DNA of 53,432 nt from an uncultured Clostridia bacterium (GTDB taxonomy: Bacteria > Bacillota > Clostridia > Christensenellales > CAG-138). Within the stretch, counting starts at the first letter, position 1; every line of letters starts with the position of its first letter. Both the position numbers and the translations under genes were made by a program. Shown piece after piece: positions 26,105 to 35,800 of this stretch. The stretch covers positions 1 through 53,432 of the forward strand of contig CALAXO010000070.1 in assembly GCA_937894955.1 (NCBI GenBank), given 5' to 3'. Under the pieces are notes generated by a model. The model saw nothing but the letters and a program-made list of their open reading frames with translations, did no database searches and had not been told where the DNA came from.

Positions 26105-29100
26105 ATGGAACAACAATCTCTGCTGATAGGCCTTGGCGGAACGGGAAGCCGTGTCGTCAACAATGTTACAAAGCTGCTCACAAAGAACGGAAAAATGTTC
26201 AATGATAATTTGGGACGGATCTGCTGCGCGGTGCTTGATTCGGACAAAAACGACTATGAGCTCATAACGAAAAGCGGAACGCAAATCCCTGTTTTTCCGA
26301 TCAGCAAACCGCAGAAAATTAAACAGTATTTTGCTCAGTACAGTAATCGAAAGATTGCTGAGTGGAGTCCGGATTCACCCACATTCAGAGAGCAAAGCAT
26401 GCTTGACGGCTGCTCCGAAGTGCGTGTAAAATCGCGAATTGCATTTTTCGATTACCTTGAAACCAACATGAACGGAGAACTGGGTGAACTTATCAACCGA
26501 GTGTTGAAAAATAACATGAATACTGTCATCAGGATCATGATAGTATCCTCACTTTCCGGTGGGACCGGCTCCGGTATGTTTATTCAAACCGCATTATGGC
26601 TTCGCAAACATCTTGCGCAGAGCAATGTGGTCATCCGCGGCATTTTCCTGCTTCCCGACATTTTTATTGATACGGTAAAACATATTCGGGAAACATCAGC
26701 CACAAGGATCAGGCATTATGCAAACGCGTACGCAGCGATACGGGAGCTGAATGCTATAACCAGGATAAAGGGAAATCTTCCGATAGCTTTAAATGAGAAA
26801 ATCGAGTTGGAGGGGCTTTTCGACAGCGAGAGTGATGCAAACAGAGGTAAACCTGTCTTTGATTATTGCTTCTTTATTGACAGCAGGAACGCCAAAGGTG
26901 TAGGTGCAAGCGATATTGCCGAATACGAGCAAATGGTAGCTCAACTTGTATACATGCAGCTTTATTCGCCAATGGCAGGGAACATGTATACTGAAGAAGA
27001 CAATTCTTTCTCTGCGTTCAATGAAAATCCCGAGCCGCTGTTTGGCGCATGCGGCTCTGCAAAGGCGGAATACCCGGTTGACAGTGTGAAAACTTTTTGC
27101 GCAATTCGCGCAGCGCAGGATTCCATCAAAAACGGATGGAACAGGATCGACAGCGAGATTGCCGCAAAAAGAGATGAGATCAGGGCAAGAGAAAGGGACG
27201 GAATATATCAGGCTGAAAACTTTGATCCGCGTGCCGAGTATATAAAACTCTTCGATGAAGCGACATCAAGGCGTGCGGAAGAATACGGAAAAGACAGATT
27301 TTTCTTGAACGTTGGACGAGATGTAAAAAATGAAACCAAACAAACCCGACCGGACGGAAAGGTAATTGTTCAGTATTCCGATAAGGTTGATGATTTCCTT
27401 AAGAAACTAAAAAATGACAAAATTGCGGAAGCTGTGACGGAACACAATGGCTTAGAGCCGTTTAAGCGTGATGTAAATGCTTTTGTGAGCGAAGATCATG
27501 ACGAATCTCAACTTGAAGAACTTATTACATTGGACGAAGACGGTATGCGCGAGGCAGTCGATATCTTCGAGGACAAGGTTAATGAATATGCGGAAAGCAT
27601 TGTAAATGCAGCGTTCCCGCTGAGCATGGGTGATGTGAATTCCGGCAACGCTTGTTCCATATTCGGCCTTGCAACAAAGCTGAACGATGAAGGAAAGCGT
27701 GTTTTTATTCACCCGGTTGCGTTGAGATACATCCTCTGCCGAATTGTTGAAAAAATGAGGAACGAAATAAAGGCAACACCTCTTGAAACGCAAAGGATCG
27801 ATGCTGATACGGGCGGGGAACCCGGAACAATGCTTGATAACAGGAGGACCCCCCACAAGACGGAAACAACGCCCGCGGAATTGCTGAACAGCAAGACGCG
27901 GTTTCAGCGGCCGGCGCGATTCCTTGACATGTATGAAAAGCAATATGCTGAGTTTATTAATACAAAGATTGAACTTTGTAAAAAATACGAAACGGAGCTT
28001 CTTAAAGTACGCGTATATGAAAAGCTGATAGAGCGTGTGAATGCACTGCTGACTCAACTCGAAGCCTTTTTCAAAAGGCTGCCGGATATTCAGGAAAAGC
28101 TCTACGATGAACTGGATAACAATATAAAAGCAACGAGCGGAACTATCGGAAACACGTATTATGTTTTCAGCAGCGCAAGGGACAAAGAATCAATTTACAA
28201 AGAGCTCGACCTGACTGCGGACAGAGCGGACGAAATAAGCCGAAGCGTGATCGAAACAGCTTATGGAAGACTTTGTGCGGAGCAGCGTCCGTCCGTGTCG
28301 GAGAATAAACCATATGCAAATCGAGGCATCGCTGAGAAGTTTATGATGGATTCGGTAAGAACTTTCCGAAAAAGAATTGACAGCGATCCGAACAATCGAG
28401 AGATAGTCAATATGGACATCTATACTGCAATAAGCAAACAATGGGATGCAGAGAATGCTGCGCATACGGATGCAGAGCAGATTGAACGTGAGTCGCTGAG
28501 GAGTGTGAACTTCGAAGAAGGTGAAGAGTCAAATCGCTTCGACAGAACGTTGGCAAGCAGGCAGGCTTTCAAGCAGTGTACGGATAAGTTATATGCAATG
28601 GCTGCGCCGATGCTTATCAGCGACATTGAGCCTGCGGATATTAATGACGGTACAATAACAACGAGAACAAACACTTTCTGGGGATTTAATCCGATAGTGT
28701 CAGAGCGGTATTCGGAAATTGGGGCAACCTTGGGCATCAATGCCGGAACCGAGCAGAATGACGCATATCCGATAAACGAGCTGCATTGCTACAGAGCGGT
28801 CTATGGTCTTGAAGCGAAATACATTCCGAAGTTAAATGAGATTAACGGAGGAGTTTACTACGAAAGCTACAAGAATATAATCACCAAAATGGTGCGCCGA
28901 GCGGCAGGCGGTGAAGAAGAAAACGCATATGTGTCAAGCCCGCATCTTGATAAGAGGTGGCATCGCATTTTGCCTTACGTTACTCCGGAAAAGAATGCTG
29001 AAAGCAAAGAAAGATTCTTCCGCGGCGTGTGGCTTGCGCTTGCATACGGAAAGATCAGGGTGAATGCGGACGGCAACTTCTGTTTGCGGCATCGCGTAGA

Positions 29101-29584
29101 CAACGGCCGGCGTATGAGCATTGATGAGGATGTCGTGATAATGCATGGAGGACGCGGAGTCGACAGAAAAGCGATTTACAGGCTGATCGCCGCATTGAAT
29201 GCTGATTTGTACTTCAAAGATATCGTGGTTCCGGAGCTTGAAGGGAAGTATGTTGCGGATGTCAACGGTAAGGACAGCTATGAAGACACAACGGTATTCA
29301 AAGCACTGAAAAATAACGATTGCGGGCTTAACCCGGTGGATACAGTGCTGCTGTATTACAACGGCCTGAACAGAGATTTTGATATTGCAGCTTCTATGGT
29401 CGGAGCGATCGATCGGATAGCTGAAGAGATCGGATCAAGGTTCGGCTTAGACACTGATGCGAAACGTGCTGAAAAAACAAAGTACATGATTTGCAAAGCG
29501 TTCTACGATGCGGCCACGTCTGACAAAGAAAAAGACAACTTGTTCAGAGAGTGGAAAGAAAAATTTGCGGAACTCGGTCTGTAA
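26105..29584 (+). CDS. Giant tubulin/FtsZ-superfamily GTPase-like protein (FtsZ-like-1 / Pfam Tubulin_2 type) with a ~750-aa C-terminal extension
   Basis: GGGAGG RBS 17 nt after the vWA stop. N-terminal LLIGLGGTGSRVVNNV (T1-like loop) and IMIVSSLSGGTGSGMFIQTALWL (tubulin signature GGTGSG). No TM segments. Confidence 0.8.
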   Translation: MEQQSLLIGLGGTGSRVVNNVTKLLTKNGKMFNDNLGRICCAVLDSDKNDYELITKSGTQIPVFPISKPQKIKQYFAQYSNRKIAEWSPDSPTFREQSMLDGCSEVRVKSRIAFFDYLETNMNGELGELINRVLKNNMNTVIRIMIVSSLSGGTGSGMFIQTALWLRKHLAQSNVVIRGIFLLPDIFIDTVKHIRETSATRIRHYANAYAAIRELNAITRIKGNLPIALNEKIELEGLFDSESDANRGKPVFDYCFFIDSRNAKGVGASDIAEYEQMVAQLVYMQLYSPMAGNMYTEEDNSFSAFNENPEPLFGACGSAKAEYPVDSVKTFCAIRAAQDSIKNGWNRIDSEIAAKRDEIRARERDGIYQAENFDPRAEYIKLFDEATSRRAEEYGKDRFFLNVGRDVKNETKQTRPDGKVIVQYSDKVDDFLKKLKNDKIAEAVTEHNGLEPFKRDVNAFVSEDHDESQLEELITLDEDGMREAVDIFEDKVNEYAESIVNAAFPLSMGDVNSGNACSIFGLATKLNDEGKRVFIHPVALRYILCRIVEKMRNEIKATPLETQRIDADTGGEPGTMLDNRRTPHKTETTPAELLNSKTRFQRPARFLDMYEKQYAEFINTKIELCKKYETELLKVRVYEKLIERVNALLTQLEAFFKRLPDIQEKLYDELDNNIKATSGTIGNTYYVFSSARDKESIYKELDLTADRADEISRSVIETAYGRLCAEQRPSVSENKPYANRGIAEKFMMDSVRTFRKRIDSDPNNREIVNMDIYTAISKQWDAENAAHTDAEQIERESLRSVNFEEGEESNRFDRTLASRQAFKQCTDKLYAMAAPMLISDIEPADINDGTITTRTNTFWGFNPIVSERYSEIGATLGINAGTEQNDAYPINELHCYRAVYGLEAKYIPKLNEINGGVYYESYKNIITKMVRRAAGGEEENAYVSSPHLDKRWHRILPYVTPEKNAESKERFFRGVWLALAYGKIRVNADGNFCLRHRVDNGRRMSIDEDVVIMHGGRGVDRKAIYRLIAALNADLYFKDIVVPELEGKYVADVNGKDSYEDTTVFKALKNNDCGLNPVDTVLLYYNGLNRDFDIAASMVGAIDRIAEEIGSRFGLDTDAKRAEKTKYMICKAFYDAATSDKEKDNLFREWKEKFAELGL

Positions 29585-29615
29585 CGGTCGAACAGCAACT
29601 CAACAGCGGTAAAAC

Positions 29616-29645
29616 TCCCGGCGGCGCATTAGGTGCCGCCGGGGA
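29616..29645 (+). other. GC-rich intercistronic hairpin (attenuator or processing/stability element?)
   Basis: CCCGGCGGC / GCCGCCGGG forms a 9-bp perfect stem (extendable) in the 84-nt gap between the tubulin-like gene and the next gene. No U-tract follows. Confidence 0.4.
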
Positions 29646-29668
29646 ATTGTGATTAAGGGAACTTAGCT

Positions 29669-31960
29669 ATGCATACATTTTTTATCAATACATCCGACAA
29701 GAATGTTGACGAGGGAAAGATTCTGTTTGATATTAATTACGATAACAGAACGCTTGTTGCCATGAAGTGCCGCATTGAGGATTGGCCGGACAAGCAGAAA
29801 GGTTATTTGGCATACGTTGAAAAAATGAGCGAAATGATGGATATGTATGATATGAACGGACAGTTCAACTTGATTATATATATTGACCTTTCGACAATGC
29901 AAAAAGAAGCACTCGAACAAGATGCGATGGCAAACAGTTACAAAGGGTATATGGAGGCGTTGAGCATTGTGTACTGCCGAATTATGAGAAACACAGTAAT
30001 CAACGCTTTGGAATGCCGCAGCCGCAGCCCGAAAGAAATCCTGATAATGTTCGGTACAGAAGAGCAAAGAATTCGCGGGGCTGATATAAGCTCACCTTAT
30101 GAGAATAATTTGGTTATTGGCCCGCTGCGCCGCCTGATAGGTTTTCCGTCAGACGAGGAGCTTCGTGAACTTCACGATGATATGGCTTTATCCGAACATA
30201 ATGATGAAGAAAAAACGAGTGAAGTTCCCGCTGAATCCTGTAAAAAAAATGCAGAGTACTTCAGTGCTGCAGAACTATTTGCAGAGGAGTTTTCTAATTA
30301 TTGCAGGGAGGCAGAGACATCATGCGATCAGGAAAGAAAACATGAAGCGTATTTGGAGTTTGTGAGAACGGCGGTAAAAAATAATCAAAAATCGAAAAAC
30401 GGGACAAGGATTAATACGATATTTTGCCCTTTGGATAATGAAGCGGAAGCTGACAATAAAGCGGCCAGAACACTGGATTCGCTGCGAATTGCGTGTTATA
30501 TTCTTGCCTGCGTATACGACGGGACAATTTTCGACAATAACACGGAGCCAAAAGGACTGCGCTCGTTTGACGCCCTGAGCATTGAAAAGATGACAGAGGC
30601 ACTTGCAGAGAAAAAGAGGAAATATGTTTATACATTAGAATCATTAAAAGAAATGACCGGCAAGTTCAGCGAATTGGAGCTTGCACCTGTTTTGTACAGC
30701 TTTGAAGAAAATGTATTTGGCTATAATGAGGACGGAGATGCGATAAGCTGCTCTGTTGAACGTCCGGCCGGTGAGAGTAAGAAAAAAAAGAAAGCAGAAA
30801 GAAAAAAACGCAGAAAAAAAGAGGATATTTCCGAAACGGAAGACGGGAGGGTTATCGAAAGCGTCAAGTGCGAAAGAAAGAACTTGCTCAAAGCAAGAAA
30901 AGTTGAGTATTTCAGTCATAAAGAAAAGTTCAGCGAAAGCCCGGAAATCTCGGAAACAGCAGACGGATACATAATGCATTGTGAACGGTTAAAAGACTTT
31001 CAACTTGGTTTTCTAAAAAAAGTCCAAAATCATATACTTGGAATTTTGTCTCATTATGCCGGAAAATCCGATAACAATACAAAGGCAATTCTGCCCAAAA
31101 GGAGGGTCAGCCTTGCCGATCCGGATGTCGGAGATGAAACCAGAGAAAACTCGTATACAACATCCAAACTGCCGGAGGAGCGTGAAATAGAAAATGTTGA
31201 ACATAAAGCAAAAAAAATCTATAATGGTGCGGTTAAAGAGTATTTAATGTTTGAAGCTCGGGGGCCGCTTGCCGAGGTGGATATTTCACGGCAATGCGAT
31301 TGGTTTGCAACAAGGATTCGCAACATTGAATCAAGCAAAAAGATGCTTAAAATTATGTTTGGAGTGCTTACAGGTTTGTTGACGATCTCCTGCGTTCCGT
31401 ATATTGTTGTGCAGTGGAACGTGATTAAAGCATCGGCGGAGTCTATGCTTGTTGCTGCGGCAACGGTTCTGCTTCCGCTGCTGCTGCTGGCGGGGCTTTA
31501 TGTTTTAGAGGCAGCGAGGTATAAATACAAGTATAGACAGGCATGGCTTGAATTGATGGAAAAATATCGGGAAATTCAGCAGGAAAACCTTGAATCGATA
31601 GAAAATTATGATACGCTCATTTGCAGAATAATTCCAACATTGAGGTGGACCTATGAGTATAAACTTGACGTTGATTTCTTCAAGCAGTGCTGCATTTATG
31701 CGAGGGCAAAAATCATGCATCATGATAAAAAACTGAGGGAAAGGGTTAACGGCATCGGAAACCTTCTTGATAATCTCGGAGCAAATGGAAACGGAAGAAA
31801 TTCTTATGGAAGAAATTCTTATGATGGAGGTGAAAGCGATCGCAATGCTGTTGAATTTAACGAGGCATATTGCTGCGGAGAAAAAAACATTGCGTTTTAT
31901 ACTGTGATTGATCGGAATTTCATAAACGGTCTGCACAGCAAAAGGAGGAAAGATACATGA
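29669..31960 (+). CDS. Hypothetical 763-aa protein with a poly-Lys/Arg patch and two C-proximal TM helices
   Basis: Long ORF in the cluster with no motif I recognise. ESKKKKKAERKKRRKKED patch. TM helices MFGVLTGLLTISCVPYIVVQW and LVAAATVLLPLLLLAGLYVL. Confidence 0.7.
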   Translation: MHTFFINTSDKNVDEGKILFDINYDNRTLVAMKCRIEDWPDKQKGYLAYVEKMSEMMDMYDMNGQFNLIIYIDLSTMQKEALEQDAMANSYKGYMEALSIVYCRIMRNTVINALECRSRSPKEILIMFGTEEQRIRGADISSPYENNLVIGPLRRLIGFPSDEELRELHDDMALSEHNDEEKTSEVPAESCKKNAEYFSAAELFAEEFSNYCREAETSCDQERKHEAYLEFVRTAVKNNQKSKNGTRINTIFCPLDNEAEADNKAARTLDSLRIACYILACVYDGTIFDNNTEPKGLRSFDALSIEKMTEALAEKKRKYVYTLESLKEMTGKFSELELAPVLYSFEENVFGYNEDGDAISCSVERPAGESKKKKKAERKKRRKKEDISETEDGRVIESVKCERKNLLKARKVEYFSHKEKFSESPEISETADGYIMHCERLKDFQLGFLKKVQNHILGILSHYAGKSDNNTKAILPKRRVSLADPDVGDETRENSYTTSKLPEEREIENVEHKAKKIYNGAVKEYLMFEARGPLAEVDISRQCDWFATRIRNIESSKKMLKIMFGVLTGLLTISCVPYIVVQWNVIKASAESMLVAAATVLLPLLLLAGLYVLEAARYKYKYRQAWLELMEKYREIQQENLESIENYDTLICRIIPTLRWTYEYKLDVDFFKQCCIYARAKIMHHDKKLRERVNGIGNLLDNLGANGNGRNSYGRNSYDGGESDRNAVEFNEAYCCGEKNIAFYTVIDRNFINGLHSKRRKDT

Positions 31961-32799
31961 ACTTGCTCATAAGCATGCTGAAAATTGTTTTTGCCTTTGC
32001 AACAGTGTTCCTTGCAGCACTGCCGTTTGTTTTCGAGTACCACACGTACTTAAAAGATAAGGAAAAGAAAACGGCAAACAGGCGTTTCCGCATTATGTGC
32101 TTCACAATGATTTATGCGGCTGCGTTGACGCTTGTGCTTTGTGCTTTGCGTGATGTTATTACGGTCGTAGGCGGGTTGAGCGCAATTTCATGGTTGGCCG
32201 CCAAACTTGCATTGCCGGTGAGAGCGGCGTTCTTTTCAGATGTTGTTGCTGCGCTGTTAGTTAACTTCGCTATTGGATTTTTATTTAGATTACTGCTCAG
32301 GTTTGTGCGGATTGGGATGGGCAAGAGGAGCCTTAGTGAAGGCGAGAAAACAGGCGGCGCTTTCAGCTTCGCACAAAAAGTTGAAATCAAGGTAATAAAG
32401 CTTTTCAGGAAGGATGTCTGGGCGTCAGCTGCAAGCATTTTAAAAAGCCTAAGCATATTTTTATCAGCAGCATATGCTTTTTTTCAATTGATTGCTCTGT
32501 TTGGAGCAGACTGGGTTCCGTTTGATTTCCTTTCGCTTCTGTTCGATGCGGGAGCCAAGTATCCGGTGATTGCATTGCTTATGCTTTGGGAAAGCTTCTT
32601 TTTCCTTGACGGGATAAATGAGGACATCGATAAATGTCCTGAACCGGATCGATCGGAATATGAAAAATCTGATGAAGGTGAAACTGATATTGAAATGATG
32701 GACGAAGCGATTCGCAATGAGTTTGGAGCTTTTTATGCGTGTGATGTTGATGTGACTCTGTCGATTGATGATAGTGAGCAGGCAGATGATGCAAAGTGA
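31957..32799 (+). CDS. Polytopic membrane protein with acidic C-terminal tail (hypothetical)
   Basis: ATGA start/stop overlap with the preceding gene and a strong AAAGGAGG RBS. About 5-6 hydrophobic helices. Tail is EPDRSEYEKSDEGETDIEMMDE. Confidence 0.7.
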   Translation: MNLLISMLKIVFAFATVFLAALPFVFEYHTYLKDKEKKTANRRFRIMCFTMIYAAALTLVLCALRDVITVVGGLSAISWLAAKLALPVRAAFFSDVVAALLVNFAIGFLFRLLLRFVRIGMGKRSLSEGEKTGGAFSFAQKVEIKVIKLFRKDVWASAASILKSLSIFLSAAYAFFQLIALFGADWVPFDFLSLLFDAGAKYPVIALLMLWESFFFLDGINEDIDKCPEPDRSEYEKSDEGETDIEMMDEAIRNEFGAFYACDVDVTLSIDDSEQADDAK

Positions 32800-32836
32800 A
32801 GAAAAAGTATCAAACGCGAGAAAGGAAAATGATCTT

Positions 32837-35800
32837 ATGGAAAAACAAGCAACTATACAGAGATTTGATAAAAATAAAGTTGCGGATTTAATAATTGAAG
32901 CTGTCGAGCATAATTTCGGCAATTCCGAGCGTAAAAACAAAACATATCGAAATTGTATAGAAAGATTGGCAGAGTGCAGCAAAAGTGCAATAATAAACGG
33001 CAACATGTTTTCCGCATTTTCAGAATACTTCATTCGGTACTTGTTCATAGTAGCTGCAAGAGGGGATAATATCATTTTTATATGCAATACCGATGCCGAG
33101 ATAGAACTTACATATGATTTTCTTGTTCGGAAATTTTCGGAAATAACAAGTTTGCGTTGCAATGACAACACAGGTGAAATTAACCTTGATGATCCGATAT
33201 GGAAAATGATAAAGATAAAAGGCAGCGGAGATAATTCGGAAGAGGCTTCGGTAGATGAAAAAAGTATTCTTGTTACTTCATTGAGGTACCTTTCATCCTC
33301 ACGCTTCGAGAACGACCATAAAAGGTTCATTCACCTTATTGACACGGTTGTGTTTATTGACACGCTTGAAACCATAAACAAGTATAATCGTCAGATGACA
33401 ATGTTCAGTACAAGAGTTAAGCATATTGCCGAAACAAATGAATGCCTTGCCAGGAACGGAGGCAGGAACGAAGGGTTTCGTCTGAGATACATGGCACGTC
33501 CGATAAAGTATATTTGCTTTGATGATTCGAGGACACCCGGACTGGACAAGGTCCTTAAAAACCTTACGGCGGAGGAGTTTGAGTCTCTGGATGCAATGCA
33601 GTATAATCCGAACGCTGTCGTTAGGTGTTACAATTACGATGGATGCAAGGATATAGGCGGAAGAGTTGTTGTTCCGCAGTTTGTCAATACAAATGAAGAA
33701 TTGGGCCCGATGATGAATATCGCATTGATGTGTCTGAAGAAGGGAGCAAAATCCGTTGCGGTGTTTGCAGATGAAGACATACCATATGAAAACATTAAAG
33801 AGTCAATTGCAGCAAATGCGGGAGACATGAAAATCGGGGAGAAGCAGTTCAGGCTTAACAGTGCAGCGTGCGATGCAAGAGATTATTCCGTAATCATTGC
33901 AATGGACAGCGAAGAGAATCTTCCGAGGACATTAAGAAAGTATATATCATTGACGGCTTCTGAAAAAACGCTGATAATTATATTTTCAAAGCCGTACATG
34001 CTGCGTGATTTTTACTATGCAAATATCGATGAAATCTGGAGCAGGATTCAACTTGCGAGGATTCCGGTTGAAACCGGAACAAAAAAGGATTTTGCGCAGA
34101 AATTGCTTATAAGAGCGAGCTCGGGTGGAATGATTGTGGATGAAATATTCCGCTCGGCGTTGAATGTCAACACGAATGACTACAGAGAAATGGTGAATAG
34201 GCAGGATGTCGTCTCCATTCTTGCTGATGTGCTGGATATCTACGGCGTGTTGAACGTGGACGAAAAAGCAGACGATGAAAAAGCAAAACTCAGATATAGG
34301 GAACAAGTGCTGAAAATTTTCGAGTTTCGTCACGACTGTGTTTTCGGTTATGACGGTAAGTTCTGTTCAGAAGACAGAGTGTTTTTGCGCACAGAAGGAG
34401 AGCTGTATGATTTGATCAACGGACGGGACATGGCGTCGTTGATTTTGGACGGCAGCGATAAAACGGAAACCATCCCCCTTCCTCGTGCGAGAATAACTCA
34501 GAACTATATTGCAGGCCAAAATCTGGTATTTAATGGCAACATCTACACAATTAGAAACATAGATACCGAAAAGGGAATCCTGTATGTTCGTCTTGCTTTT
34601 GGAGGCATTAACACAGAGGTACATCAATATATCCAAAAAAGGGAATATATCATTCGCCTTGACGGCGAAAGTGCTGCTGTGCTTGCAAATAATGTTATAG
34701 TATTAAATGGCGCTAATAATGGTGAAATTGCCGTTGAGCAAGCATGGATTTCGGTGTTCAGAGCACCTACGGAGGTTATCACACACGGATATTACGAAGT
34801 CAGCTCAAGATCCTTTGCTCAGAACAACAATAATCAAAATTATCACATAATCGACGGTGAAGGTGATTCGCTTGCGCAAAGGTCATACAGACAATACGGG
34901 AAAGTGGTTGAACCGTATTACAAATCAAAGCCTGCCGTTGCCGGTAATAAGGGAGCTTTGATGATGACAATAAGGCTAAAGGGAAAACTTGGAGAAAAGC
35001 CGGAGAGAATTGCGAATCTTGCTGCTGCAATGATCAGGGAAATAATACGTTCAATGTTTCCCTCGGTGGCTGATTCCGTTGCGGTTTGTGTTTCGCAGCA
35101 AACTGAGGCTTGCGATACGGTTGATATCGGAAGACCCAAACTCACCGTGAAAGGAAAAAACAATATTTTTAATAAAGAAGACTTTGAGATTACATTAATT
35201 GAGGACAGCGTCACGGAACTGGGAGTTATATCTGCATTATCTGCATCCGGAGAGGACACACTCAAAACGCTTTTCACTCCGATTGATGAATATCTGGAAT
35301 GGTATTTAAAGTCGGAGAAAAAGAGCGATTACTTATATTACGGAAGCGACAGAGAGCCTGCGGGATTTGATTTTGTGTCCCTCTCAAAGTTGGCTGCATT
35401 GTTAGCAGACAGAGACCATGAACTTCGTTTTGGAAGATTACACGAGCATACAACAAATCGAAATTGTGATTTCTGTGGGAAGAGGGCACGGAAAAATGAA
35501 AGACTGGACAGGCTTTCGGACGGCAGGAAAATTTGTGATCAATGCAAGAAACAAATTGTGACGGGAAATAAAAGAGAACTGAAAGAACATGCGGCTGCTG
35601 CAAAACTCTTTCTTGAAAGTAATTACGGAATAAGAATTGATAATGAGTATGCGGTTTGTTTTGATTCTGCAGAGAGAATTTTACAAGAAATTAAGGCAAA
35701 GGGAGATACGGAATACAAGGGAGATATACCGCTTTTTTCCTTTTTCAAAAAAAAGAGGGTTCACGTTGAAAAAGGGTTGCCCTCAGCGAATCTGACCGAA

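Noticed and set aside
32765-32836. Alternative upstream start (ATG 32765, overlapping the previous gene by 35 nt) for the giant transglutaminase protein
   Set aside because: There is no RBS in front of 32765 or 32786, whereas the ATG at 32837 has a GAAAGGAAA RBS at proper spacing. The upstream start cannot be excluded without proteomic or conservation data.
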